Shown here piece after piece: positions 30,747 to 42,287 of a stretch of 64,000 bases of DNA. Position 1 is the first letter of the stretch. Every line of letters begins with the position of its first letter. The position numbers were made by a program, and so were the translations under genes. Under the pieces are notes generated by a model. The model was not told the origin of the DNA, did not search any database, and was given only the letters and a program-made list of their open reading frames with translations. Source of the DNA: Acidobacteriota bacterium (GTDB lineage Bacteria > Acidobacteriota > UBA890 > WLXD01); contig CAXWPH010000015.1 in assembly GCA_963666055.2 (NCBI GenBank), forward strand, positions 512,001 to 576,000, written 5' to 3'.

Positions 30747-31448
30747 ATGGCAGAGAACGTTGCGATAGTCACAGCCGCCGGTCGCGGCATGGGTGCTGCG
30801 ATCGCGCGGCGACTGAGCACATCGGGGTACGAGCTTGCCCTGATGTCACCCTCCGGGGCCTCAGTCGATCTCGCCGAGGAACTGGGCGGGTTCGGCATGG
30901 CCGGTTCGGTCACCGAGGTCGACGACCTCACCGCGCTGGTCGAAGGGACGCTGCAGAGGTACGGGCGTATCGACGCGGTGGTCAACCACACAGGCCACCC
31001 TCCCAAGGGGCCGCTGTTGGAGATACCCGACGAAGACTGGCACGCCGGCCTCGACCTCGTGCTGCTCAACGTGGTTCGTATGGCCCGCCTGGTGACTCCG
31101 ACCATGGTTGCTCAGGGGGGCGGTTCGATCGTGAACATCTCGACGTTTGCTGCCTTCGAGCCGTCGAACGTGTTTCCGGTGTCTGCCGCGTTACGGGCCG
31201 CCTTGGCCGGATTCACCAAACTCTATGCGGATGAGTACGCCGCCGCGGGGCTGCGTATGAACAACGTGCTTCCCGGCTACATCGACAGCCTCCCGGAGAC
31301 CGAGGAGCGCCGCGCCGCCATCCCGCTTGGCCGCTACGGCACGGTGGACGAGATCGCGGCGACGGTCGCGTTCTTGCTGTCTGCAGACGCCAGCTACATC
31401 ACGGGACAGAACCTACGGGCCGACGGAGGACTGACCCGCTCCGTGTAG
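30747..31448 (+). CDS. SDR family oxidoreductase
   Basis: TAAGRGMG, GGSIVNIST, NNVLPG, YITGQNLRADGG. Confidence 0.92.
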   Translation: MAENVAIVTAAGRGMGAAIARRLSTSGYELALMSPSGASVDLAEELGGFGMAGSVTEVDDLTALVEGTLQRYGRIDAVVNHTGHPPKGPLLEIPDEDWHAGLDLVLLNVVRMARLVTPTMVAQGGGSIVNISTFAAFEPSNVFPVSAALRAALAGFTKLYADEYAAAGLRMNNVLPGYIDSLPETEERRAAIPLGRYGTVDEIAATVAFLLSADASYITGQNLRADGGLTRSV

Positions 31449-31707
31449 TGCAGCCACGTTCGGGACCCGCGTGATCGGATTGTTCCGCCAGCGTCTGGAT
31501 TCCCAGGACGTTGCAATACTCCTGAGAATCGTGTGGTACCGCAGTCGCGAGGGGATGGATGGAGTCAGGCGAGCTCACCCGCGATCCCGAGTCCAGGCAG
31601 CGCTTCATGGAGCGAGGTATTTCGCCGCGTCGAAGCCGAATCCCCTACTGCACCCGGTAATCAGAATGTCCTGCGGGACGCACCGACTAGACATAGCTGA
31701 ATTCTAG

Positions 31708-31766
31708 TTTAGTCTAGGCTAACTTTTAATTAAGCCTAGCCTAACTTTTGTTTAGTCTGACTAGCT
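31708..31766. promoter_or_regulatory. Tandem DtxR/IdeR/MntR-like operator boxes
   Basis: tttagtctaggctaact, ttaagcctagcctaact and tttagtctgactagct at ~22-bp spacing in an AT-rich patch; near-palindrome TTAG-N6-CTAA. Confidence 0.6.
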
Positions 31767-31872
31767 CACAAGAATCGATCCGACGGGGTGGAATCTGCAC
31801 AATGAAAACCAATGCCAGGAAACTGGAAAGTACCAAGTGTCTGGAACACTCGAACTTTACGGAGGGAATCTC

Positions 31873-33007
31873 ATGAGCCTCCTCCGCGTCGGCCTTCTTC
31901 TGGCACCCCTCATGTTGGCTGGCACGGCGTACGCCCAGGGTGGATCCAGCCAGAGCACGTCAAACAGGGCCCATCTCCGGCTACATGGAGATGCACTACA
32001 ACAGGCCGATCGGCGACCCGTTCGCCGCACCCGTTCTGGATTTCCACCGCTTCGTACTATTGGTGTCCCACCGCTTCAGCGACCGCATTCACTTCTTCGG
32101 CGAGCTCGAGCTCGAGCACAGCGTCGTTGAAGGGTTGGAAGAGAAGGGCGAGCTCGAGTTGGAGCAGGCGTACGTCGACTTCCTGGTGACGCCCGAGCTG
32201 AATTTTCGCGCCGGAATGATGCTCGCACCCATGGGCATCATCAACGAGCGTCACGAGCCGCCGACGTTCTACGGCGTCGAGCGGCCCTTCGTCGACACGT
32301 TCATCATTCCGACCACCTGGTTCGACGTCGGCGCCGGCATCCACGGCACAATCGGCGGCAAGCTCCGCTACCGTGCGTACGTCATGGCGCCCCTCGATTC
32401 GGTGGAGTTCACCGGCGAAGAGGGGTTCCGTGGGGCGGCACAGAACGGCAGCAACGCACAGGTCCGTCAGATGGCGGTAACCGGGCGCCTCGAGTACGTG
32501 GGCTTCCGTGGTCTTACACTCGGCGCAAGCTTCTGGCGGGGCGACAGCAGCGTCACCCTGATACGCCTCGAAACGCCCACTGCGATGATCGTGGCCGACG
32601 CTCGCTATCGGCGCGGGCGCTTCGAAGGGCGCGCCCAGTACGCCCACGGATTCGTCGAGGGAGCCGCCGAATTGAACGCCGCTGTGGCTCGCCTGACGGG
32701 GGTCGATCCGAATGTTGGGAGTCAGATCCGTGGGTTCTACCTCGAGGGGGCGTACAGCGTGTTGCCTCGCGACGCTCCGCACGAGCTCGGGCTGTTCGTA
32801 CGCTACGAAGACTTCGACACTCAATTTCGTATGGATGAGGGCGACGTGACGCTACCCGGGTTCGACCGCGATGCATGGGTCATCGGCGCCAACTACTGGC
32901 TGGATCCCGATGTGGTCTTGAAGGTCGACTACTCTCACGTGCGCTCGCAAAGCGACATCATTGCCGGACCGCGTTCGCTCAACTTGGGAATCGGATGGTG
33001 GTTCTGA
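31873..33007 (+). CDS. Outer-membrane porin (OprO/P-like, iron-uptake-locus type) with a single-base frameshift near 31962
   Basis: Signal peptide MSLLRVGLLLAPLMLAGTAYAQ from ATG 31873 (GGAGG RBS); body ISGYMEMHYN, DFHRFVL, ELELEH, LEQAYVD, INERHEP in the next frame; terminal WWF. Confidence 0.8.
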
Positions 33008-33447
33008 TGAAGAGGCCCGCAGCGACAGGCTGGTGCTTGATTCTTTGTGGCGCCTTGGCGGGCGCCACGCTCCCGCCGGTGCCGATCCAGGACACGGTCG
33101 ATCGACCTGAGGCCGACCGTGTCGTCGAGATCGTCGCCGAGCGGTTCCTGTTCACGCCTTCCGCGATCACCATCGAGGCCAGCACGACAGTGGAGCTCCG
33201 ACTCACCAGCGAGGACACCGATCACGGCTTCCGCATCGTCGGCCCTGACGGCATCGACGTTGATATCGACATCACCATTCCCAAGCGTAATCGCGGCGCG
33301 GCAAGCGTCTTCTTCGCACCCACAGAGCCGGGCAAGTACCGGTTCGAGTGCTCACGCATTTGCGGCGCTGGTCACCTCTATATGAGCGGCGTCATCCGGG
33401 TGACGGCGGCTTCCTCCGCGCCGGCGACGGAAGGAGGCTCCCGGTGA
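33007..33447 (+). CDS. Periplasmic cupredoxin with CuA-type motif
   Basis: TSEDTDHGF...YRFECSRICGAGHLYMSG; translationally coupled to both neighbours. Confidence 0.85.
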   Translation: MKRPAATGWCLILCGALAGATLPPVPIQDTVDRPEADRVVEIVAERFLFTPSAITIEASTTVELRLTSEDTDHGFRIVGPDGIDVDIDITIPKRNRGAASVFFAPTEPGKYRFECSRICGAGHLYMSGVIRVTAASSAPATEGGSR

Positions 33448-34643
33448 AGAAAGCACTCGTTGTGGGGGCGACGGCGATCGTCTTGCTGGCGGCGATCTCC
33501 TGGCCGGCCAGCGGCCAGTCAGCGCCCGTGCCCGTGGGCCAACCCATTGCCGGCATCACGCCGCACGAGTTCGAGCGCTTCCGCCTCGGGCTCGAGGACT
33601 TTCTCGAAGTGGAGAACTCGGAAGAGGGCCTTGGGCCCGCTTACAACGGCACGAGCTGCGGCGTATGTCACAGTATTCCGGCGGTCGGTGGCAGCGGACT
33701 CACCACCGAGCTGCGCGCCGGCGTGCGCGACTCAGCCGGCGACTTCCGGCCACCCCTGCTCCCGGACGGCACTCCGGGTGACACGCTCTTCCAGGTCTTT
33801 TCGATACCGGACCACGCCTGCCAGCCGGTTTTCCCGGCAGAGGTCAACGTCGTGGCTCGGCGCATTCCGATTCCCCTGTTCGGAGCCGGCCTGGTGGAAG
33901 CGATCCCCGACTCCGAGATCGCCGCGCGGGCCGATCCGGACGATCTCGACTCCGACGGCGTCAGCGGACGAGCGGCGCTGGTGCCCGACCTTGTGACCGA
34001 TGAGGTACGGGTCGGGAGGTTCGGGTGGAAGGCGCAGATCGCCACCCTACGGGACTTCGCCGGCGATGCGTACCGCAACGAGATGGGCATCACCAACGAG
34101 ATCTTCCCCCTGGAGCTTGCCTTCGGCATTGCGCCTGAGAAGATGGCTCTCTGCGATCCGATACCCGATCCCGAGGACTTCCCCGATCCGGTCACCGGTT
34201 TGAGCGGCGTCGACAACTTCACCGCGTTCATGCGGTTCCTCGCGCCGCCATCACGCGCAGCGACCACTCGGGCACAGCGGGGGGGCGAGGACGTATTCCG
34301 CTCGATCGGTTGCTCCGGTTGCCACGTGCCGATGCTGATGACCGGCCCGTCGAACAATCCGCTGTTCGACCGGCAGCCAGTACCGCTGTTCTCGGATCTC
34401 CTGCTGCACGATATCGGAACCGGCGACGGCATCGGCCAAGGCGACGCGGGACCGAACGAGATTCGCACCCCGGCGCTTTGGGGGTTGCGCTTCCGCCGCA
34501 TCCTGCTGCACGACGGCTCCGCCGGCTCGATCGGGGCGGCGATTCATCGGCATACGGTAGAAGCTGCCGCCGCCCGCAAGGCATATCGGCGACTGGACAA
34601 AGGTCGTCGACAGGCGTTGCTGGAGTTCCTGCGCTCGTTATAG
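33444..34643 (+). CDS. Di-heme oxidoreductase family protein (DHOR / thiol oxidoreductase-like)
   Basis: GLGPAYNGTSCGVCH, PLFGAGLVEAIPD, GRFGWKA, NEMGIT, GCSGCH, SDLLLHD, RTPALWG, LLHDG. Confidence 0.9.
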   Translation: MKKALVVGATAIVLLAAISWPASGQSAPVPVGQPIAGITPHEFERFRLGLEDFLEVENSEEGLGPAYNGTSCGVCHSIPAVGGSGLTTELRAGVRDSAGDFRPPLLPDGTPGDTLFQVFSIPDHACQPVFPAEVNVVARRIPIPLFGAGLVEAIPDSEIAARADPDDLDSDGVSGRAALVPDLVTDEVRVGRFGWKAQIATLRDFAGDAYRNEMGITNEIFPLELAFGIAPEKMALCDPIPDPEDFPDPVTGLSGVDNFTAFMRFLAPPSRAATTRAQRGGEDVFRSIGCSGCHVPMLMTGPSNNPLFDRQPVPLFSDLLLHDIGTGDGIGQGDAGPNEIRTPALWGLRFRRILLHDGSAGSIGAAIHRHTVEAAAARKAYRRLDKGRRQALLEFLRSL

Positions 34644-34852
34644 TCGCCATCTCCGCGACGAGTCGACGCTTGTGCGCCGGTGTTAACCTGGCTCCGAGAG
34701 GTCTCGGGACACCTGCCCTTACGAGAAGTGTCGTCGTGGAGCGGGCTCCGGAGGGGATCTGACGCTTGCGTTGCTGTCGTCCAAGCGACCTTCCTGCCGT
34801 AGAGTCAGTATCGTTGCTGTCGAGTAATCCCCACAAGAGGTCAAGACCAGCC

Positions 34853-35863
34853 ATGAGTCCCGTTTCGAAAAGTATCGTCACGCTCGGCATAACCATCCTG
34901 GCGGCGTCTGCTGCTGGAGCTGCGGTAGCCGGCCCGCTGGCACAGCAGGACGTCCAGCAGTTGCAGCAAGAACTGAAGCGCGCCCAGGAGCTCATCAACG
35001 CGGGTGAGCCGAAAGACGCGCTCGATGTGCTCGAAGACTTGCTCGAGGTGAACGACCGGTTGTGGGTGGCGTACTACTGGAAGGGCATGGCACACGGTCA
35101 AATGGGTGACGAGGATGATGCCCTGGTGGCGTTTCTGGCCGCCGACGAGCGCCAGCCCGGGGTGCCCGAGGTCTACCTCATGGCGGGGATCGCCGCCTTC
35201 GGCGTGGGCGACTACGAGACCTGCTGGGAGATGACGATCCTGGCGCACCAGGCCGGCCAGGACATGAGCAAGGAGATCGTGCAGCTCAAGGAAGTAATCG
35301 ACCCGCCGGACGATCTCGAGGAGCGGCTGAACGCACCGCGGGTCATGGTCGGTCCGATGGACACGAGCGTCACCGAACACAACAGTGCGATGGAGGCGGT
35401 TCTCATGCAGATTCAAGGAGAGCTGATCGTCGTGCAACAGCAAGTCGAGAAAGCGCTGCGGGACTCGCCCAACTTCGGCCTCGTACGGTTGAGGGAGCTC
35501 GCCGACTATGTCGTGGTGGTGAACGTCGAAGATTACGGCGGTGCGGCCAGCATCTCGCTGGACGGCCGTCCGGGTGATGTCCAGGGCGGGGCGGCGGCAT
35601 TCGTGGGGGGGGTAACCACGGACCTGAACCTCGGGGGGGCGTCGATCGTGGCTACGGACGGTCGGGATGACGCTCAGGGGCGGCCACGGGGAAGAAACGA
35701 GCTCACGGGCGTGATCGACCTGGTCGACCGGAGGTCAAACAACGTGGCCTTTTCCTTGCCCTTTACGTTGCCCAATCTCACCTCGATCGGTGACCTGTCT
35801 CGAGACGTGCGTCGTCGCGTCGAGTTGCTCGAGAGCTGGGCTCGCAAGAACCACAAGCGCTAG
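34853..35863 (+). CDS. Secreted TPR-repeat protein
   Basis: Signal peptide; TPR-like helices (AYYWKGMAH, VYLMAGIAA). Confidence 0.7.
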   Translation: MSPVSKSIVTLGITILAASAAGAAVAGPLAQQDVQQLQQELKRAQELINAGEPKDALDVLEDLLEVNDRLWVAYYWKGMAHGQMGDEDDALVAFLAADERQPGVPEVYLMAGIAAFGVGDYETCWEMTILAHQAGQDMSKEIVQLKEVIDPPDDLEERLNAPRVMVGPMDTSVTEHNSAMEAVLMQIQGELIVVQQQVEKALRDSPNFGLVRLRELADYVVVVNVEDYGGAASISLDGRPGDVQGGAAAFVGGVTTDLNLGGASIVATDGRDDAQGRPRGRNELTGVIDLVDRRSNNVAFSLPFTLPNLTSIGDLSRDVRRRVELLESWARKNHKR

Positions 35864-35917
35864 CAGGACCCGATAGTCCAACCGCCCTGCAGAGCTTCAA
35901 AAGAGGCTGCGACCTTC

Positions 35918-35934
35918 GCCGACGGACCCGTAGC
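35918..35934 (+). repeat. Short kinase-tail remnant
   Basis: gccgacggacccgtagc, an exact 17-bp match to the end of copy E. Confidence 0.55.
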
Positions 35935-35973
35935 CTCGTCCACCGGAGCTGCACCGGGCAGCGCTCGCTCCGC

Positions 35974-36453
35974 CTACCCGCCTCCCTGCCCTTGGTAGTG
36001 TTGGATCAGGGTAATGGTGTCCTTCGCCACAAGACGGCCTATCGCACCGCTGGATTGCACGAGCATGACGATGGTTCCATCTGGCCGCAGGATAAACCCT
36101 GAGGGGTGGAGATACCGCGGTTCCTCGTTTATGTAGCCACCAATGGTTGTCATCGTCTCTGGCGCGTCGAGCCCATAAACAACGGGGTAGGTGAGCTGGT
36201 GTCGATCCACCATTGCTTGGGCGTCCTCTTCCGAGTCAACGGAGAGCGCCACGATCTCGGTTCTGATCTCTTTGAACCGTTCGATACTCTTCTGAAAATC
36301 AGCCAACTGCTGATTGCAGAATCCTCACCACTCTCCGCGGTAAAAGAGCACTACGCTCCAGCTCCCAGCGAGGTCGGCGGGGATTGTCATCGGCCCACCC
36401 TTGACTCTTCGGCCGCCGACCGATGCGAGCAACTGATTGTTCTCGGGGCGCAT
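35974..36453 (-). CDS. Peroxiredoxin-like (AhpC/TSA) selenoprotein with UxxC motif
   Basis: ATG 36453 after GGAGGAG; ...WSVVLFYRGEW-TGA(36327-36325)-GFCNQQLADFQ... continues in frame to 35974; SECIS-like hairpin directly after the TGA. Confidence 0.85.
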
Positions 36454-36636
36454 GTTTCTCCTCCATCCTGGAAGCGTAGGGCGCTAGTCGGGTTTCGAGG
36501 GAGCGTACGGACTAGATAGTGGTCACGTCAACACTTGGTTATCAGGACTTGATGTAACTGGACTTGATGAGATTCGTCAATTACCGTAGCCGTAGATGAC
36601 CAGTGAGCGGCGGGTTGGCGAACAGAAAGGGGGCGC

Positions 36637-37086
36637 ATGATGTCGGGCGAGACGCAATTGAACGAAACAGAGAGCATTGCCTGCTGGATCAACAGGGTGG
36701 CTCGCGAACTCTCGAGTGCGAATGCCCGAGCGGTGGCGTCACACGACCTGACTTCGATGGAGGCCAACCTGTTGATTCGGATGGACCTCGGCATGAAATC
36801 GCCCTCCGAGATTGCTACCTGTCTGGGAGTTGACGCCTCCAACTTGTCGCGCCTTATTCGCTCTCTGGAAGCAGCCGGCCTCGCGACACGCGAAGTGGAC
36901 GACAAGAACCGCTCCCGAGCGATTCTCCAACTCACCAGGAAAGGAAAGAAGAAGGCGGCCGCGGTCCACCCTGACAAGCGTCGAATGGAGGAGAGCATCG
37001 CATCCCGACTGACTGAGGCAGAGATCAGAAACCTGCTGCGGATCTTGCGGAAGCTCTGCGAGGGCGCCGTCACGTTGAGGAGGTGA
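36637..37086 (+). CDS. MarR family transcriptional regulator
   Basis: PSEIATCLGVDASNLSRLIRSLEAAGL..REVDDKNRSRAILQLTRKG. Confidence 0.9.
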   Translation: MMSGETQLNETESIACWINRVARELSSANARAVASHDLTSMEANLLIRMDLGMKSPSEIATCLGVDASNLSRLIRSLEAAGLATREVDDKNRSRAILQLTRKGKKKAAAVHPDKRRMEESIASRLTEAEIRNLLRILRKLCEGAVTLRR

Positions 37087-37265
37087 CGCCCGGCTCCGGG
37101 CGAGCTGCGGTCTGGAGCCCGCCGATCGGATGGTGCCGGACCGGTCGCCAGAGGTTTCCCCGACCAGCGGAATACCGTCTACGCAGGCCGACGCACATCG
37201 GGCCCGAGGCGAAACAAGTACCCCGGGCCCGGAGTGATCTTGTGGTCAGATAAACGGGCGCGAGA

Positions 37266-38927
<1,662 letters not shown>

Positions 38928-38939
38928 TCAGTGCCTGCG

Positions 38940-39245
38940 TTAGCCGACTATGCCGAGAATCTCGTCCTCACGGACGATCAGGTGGTCGACCCCATCGAGC
39001 TTGATCTCCGTCCCCCCATACTTGCCAACCAGCACCGTGTCGCCGGCCGAAACCGACATCTCGGCATTCGAGCCATCGTCCAGCCGCTTGCCCGGACCAA
39101 CCGCCACCACCTCCGCCTCCAGCGGCTTCTCCTTGGCCGTGTCGGGGATGATGATGCCGCCGCTAACCTCTTCGGCGGCGTCTAAACGACGCAGCAAAAC
39201 CCGGTCGTACAGAGGGCGCACGCCGACACTCTTCTTCTTCGCCAT
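38940..39245 (-). CDS. groES: Co-chaperonin GroES
   Basis: [29 protein letters not shown]. Confidence 0.99.
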   Translation of the reverse strand: MAKKKSVGVRPLYDRVLLRRLDAAEEVSGGIIIPDTAKEKPLEAEVVAVGPGKRLDDGSNAEMSVSAGDTVLVGKYGGTEIKLDGVDHLIVREDEILGIVG

Positions 39246-39350
39246 TGACTATGAGCTCCTTGTGAAGTGGGTGTTCGCAGACGCTGCTGCTTGTCCATTC
39301 GTCTGCTGGCTGCGCGTCCGCGCGGAATTAGCGCTTTGACCTGGACTCCG

Positions 39351-39377
39351 CTAGCACTCTACTAAGGTGAGTGCCAA
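39351..39377 (-). promoter_or_regulatory. CIRCE element (HrcA operator)
   Basis: Minus strand TTGGCACTC-N9-GAGTGCTAG versus consensus TTAGCACTC-N9-GAGTGCTAA, upstream of groES. Confidence 0.9.
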
Positions 39378-39640
39378 TCCTACACATGATGCCCACTGGC
39401 GGCAAGCTATGCTGGGTGAGACGGGAAGCCTCACGCGCTGCGACAATGAGGTGCTCTAGCAGGCCGAGCGGCGGCGTTGGGCGGTCAGCGGGTAGCAGAC
39501 CGGATCGCTACCTCTTGCGGGCAATCGGGCGAGAGAGAGCCCGGCCAACCCCCGCGACAATCATCTGGGATAAGCTTTTTCTTCATGACTACGCTTGCTT
39601 TCTACACTACGTCCGCGGACTCGACATTAGGGTGGAGCTA

Positions 39641-40153
39641 ATGACTGTGTTTTGGGATCGTATTATTCGCGCTGCCAAGCTAGACGTTCAGTTATATGAA
39701 GAGGTTGAGGCTGACACGGGCGCAATGGCTCAGGCCATGGGGGTTGTTGTTCTGTCCAGTTTGGCAGCTGGAGTGGGAGGCGCAGGAGGAGGGCTCGGCG
39801 GGATTTTATTCGGGACGATCGCGGCTCTCGTCGGGTGGTATATCTGGGCCTATCTCACCTACTTTATTGGCACGAAATTCCTTCCAGAGCCACAGACCAA
39901 AGCAGATCTGGGCGAACTATTGCGTACTATCGGGTTCTCGAGCTCCCCCGGCCTGCTTCGAGTCTTAGGTATCATTCCAGGGCTGGCCGGGCTGGTTTTT
40001 CTAGTTACCTCGATTTGGATGCTAGTGTCGATGGTAATCGCCGTCAGGCAAGCGCTGGATTATGAGAGCACATGGCGAGCTGTAGGGGTTTGCGTGATCG
40101 GCTATATCGTTCAATTGTCGATCCTTTTATTGTTGCTCCCTGTTCTGCTCTGA
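39641..40153 (+). CDS. YIP1-family membrane protein
   Basis: RAAKLDVQLYEEVEAD, LLRTIGFSSSPG, AVRQALDY; 4-5 TM segments. Confidence 0.8.
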   Translation: MTVFWDRIIRAAKLDVQLYEEVEADTGAMAQAMGVVVLSSLAAGVGGAGGGLGGILFGTIAALVGWYIWAYLTYFIGTKFLPEPQTKADLGELLRTIGFSSSPGLLRVLGIIPGLAGLVFLVTSIWMLVSMVIAVRQALDYESTWRAVGVCVIGYIVQLSILLLLLPVLL

Positions 40154-40260
40154 GGTCACAGCTCCTACCCCGATCGGGGCATAGTGCTGGAGTTCAACCA
40201 CTCGATCAGCGTTAACTCAGCAGTACCCCCAACCGTGCAGCGAGCCCGTCGAGGACCACC

Positions 40261-40689
40261 ATGAACTTCAAGCGCAACGAAGACGGCTTCTCGCTGATCG
40301 AGTTGCTCATCGTTGTGGCGATCATCGGCATCATCGCGACGATCGCGGTTCCGCAGCTGCTCGACGCCATCGACCGCGCCCGCCAGCGCCGCACGATGGC
40401 CGACATGCGCAACATCGCCACGGCCAACGGCACCTACCGTGTAGACCAGGGTGCGTATGCTTCGGCGCTGAGCGATCTGCAGCCCACCTACATGCAAGTT
40501 GTGCCGACGAACGATGCTTGGGGTAACGCTCTCCAGTACAGCACCTCCAGCGGCTCGTACAACCTCGAGTCGTACGGCTCCGACGGCGCCAACGGTCCGG
40601 CTGCGCCGACCCCGTGGATCAACGATCCCTACGACGTCGACTTGGAGTTGACCAACGGCCAGTTCACCCAGGCCCCCACCGCTCAGTAG
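40261..40689 (+). CDS. Prepilin / type II secretion pseudopilin (GspG-like)
   Basis: GFSLIELLIVVAIIGIIATIAVP N-methylation motif; DAWGN, SYGSDG. Confidence 0.88.
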   Translation: MNFKRNEDGFSLIELLIVVAIIGIIATIAVPQLLDAIDRARQRRTMADMRNIATANGTYRVDQGAYASALSDLQPTYMQVVPTNDAWGNALQYSTSSGSYNLESYGSDGANGPAAPTPWINDPYDVDLELTNGQFTQAPTAQ

Positions 40690-40910
40690 TCGACCGGCAG
40701 CCCCCCAGCCGGACTGTCGCAATTCGAGCCGCGTACTCAGCGTAATGTTCGAAATCGGGAGCGTTGGCTTCAGTCTGCTGCGGTATATGTGCAAACAACA
40801 GATGTTGAATCAGAAGTGAACGGCTATATCACCTACGACAGGGCCATAATCAAGATGGATGATGAACGCGTGAGGGATCACATCGCAGTTTGTACGAATT
40901 GATTCAATGA

Positions 40911-42281
40911 CTATCGGATCACGTGCCACTCGGTCTCGCGGCCGCCCGGGAACTCCATGCCATCGGGGGTGAAGGTCATGCCCGTTTCCGAGAAGAACAC
41001 GACTCGCTGGCCATCCCACTCAGGCACTTCGTATTGGATGTCCAACTCCAGGGCGAACAGCGTGTTGTAGCGTAGAGGGCGGCCGCCATCGCCTCCGCCG
41101 CGCCCCGAGCTCAGACCAGACCCGGCCGAGTGCACCTCGTCGGAAAAAAACCGGCCGAGAATCCCGTAGCGCATGAAGTAGTAAGCCAGCGAGTGGGCGT
41201 AGAGTTTCGCCTGGATGCCTTCCTCCCGGGCTCTCTCGACCGCCGCGATGCCGATCTCATTGCCGCCGCGGCCCCGGTGCATCTCCTCGCCGATCAAGTC
41301 CTGGAAGCGGACGATGTGCCGCAGAGCTTCCTGGATTCCCTCGGGAGGCTCGTCTTCGCCCTCTCTGAGCACGTAGGCAGACTGCTGCGTGTCGGTGTAC
41401 AGACCCAGGTACATAATGCCCGTGTCACAGAAGATGAGGTCTCCTCGTCGGATGACGAGATTGAGCCCCACCCTGGGTGACGCGTCGTCCACAAAGCGTT
41501 CGTCGAAGACCCTGAAGTACTCGTCGTCGTCGCTGTACTTGGCACGCTCGGCCTTGCTCCTCTGTACTGTGATCGTGGGATGGTCGACGGTTCCCAGCCC
41601 CAAGTCTGCATAGCGCTGCCGGATCCACCAGTTCACGTCATCGGTCGTCGTGACGTCGGGGACGATCACCTTGTTGGAGAAGGCCTCGGCGATGATCTCG
41701 TGGGCCAGCCGGAGAACGTGCTTGAAGACGCTCTGTTCCCTGGGGGTGCGAGTTCCCAGCCAATGATTGGCGAGTGTTGCCGCCGAGACGACGCGGGAAG
41801 CAAGATCCTCGCCGAGCTGCTGCGTCAACTCCGCGAGCTCTGGCTCCGAGGCGGCACGGCGACCCCGGCGGCTGCGACCGCCGCCAATGGCGATTTGAGC
41901 TGGATTTCTGGCTCTGACGATTGCCACGAGATCGTCGCTTTCTGCGCTCAAGCTCTCGATACCCGCCCCTTCGCCTCTGTCGAAGAAGATCATGTAGGAA
42001 GGGGTCTCCAGCACGGCGCCGTCCGCTTCCGATTCCAGCAGCGAGACGTAGAGGGGACCGTCGCCCTCGTTGACGATCCACATGTCGATCCCGTTCTCTC
42101 GCATCACCTGCGGCAGGATCGTTCGCTGCTTCTCCTTGAGCAGGGCGTTCATCAGAATCGCCTGCTGACGCCTCGACAAGACACTCTCGGCGTCATCGAC
42201 CAGGACGATCCCGGCGCCCTGGGCAAACACCGGACCGCTCACGGCCATCACGAGGAGCGCTGCTATGAGTCGCAAGTGCAT
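40911..42281 (-). CDS. Secreted M24 family aminopeptidase-like protein
   Basis: DTGIMYLGLYTDTQQ, YAH, ALELD and FSET supply D/D/H/E/E ligands; paralog of 62476-63891. Confidence 0.82.
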   Translation of the reverse strand: MHLRLIAALLVMAVSGPVFAQGAGIVLVDDAESVLSRRQQAILMNALLKEKQRTILPQVMRENGIDMWIVNEGDGPLYVSLLESEADGAVLETPSYMIFFDRGEGAGIESLSAESDDLVAIVRARNPAQIAIGGGRSRRGRRAASEPELAELTQQLGEDLASRVVSAATLANHWLGTRTPREQSVFKHVLRLAHEIIAEAFSNKVIVPDVTTTDDVNWWIRQRYADLGLGTVDHPTITVQRSKAERAKYSDDDEYFRVFDERFVDDASPRVGLNLVIRRGDLIFCDTGIMYLGLYTDTQQSAYVLREGEDEPPEGIQEALRHIVRFQDLIGEEMHRGRGGNEIGIAAVERAREEGIQAKLYAHSLAYYFMRYGILGRFFSDEVHSAGSGLSSGRGGGDGGRPLRYNTLFALELDIQYEVPEWDGQRVVFFSETGMTFTPDGMEFPGGRETEWHVIR

Positions 42282-42287
42282 GATCCG

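Noticed and set aside
31955-31975. Programmed frameshift or phase variation between the porin signal peptide and body
   Set aside because: Removing one A from TCAAAC restores the frame. The same one-extra-base-in-a-short-run pattern occurs near 11845, 18200 and 57183, which points to sequencing or assembly indels; read data are needed to be sure.
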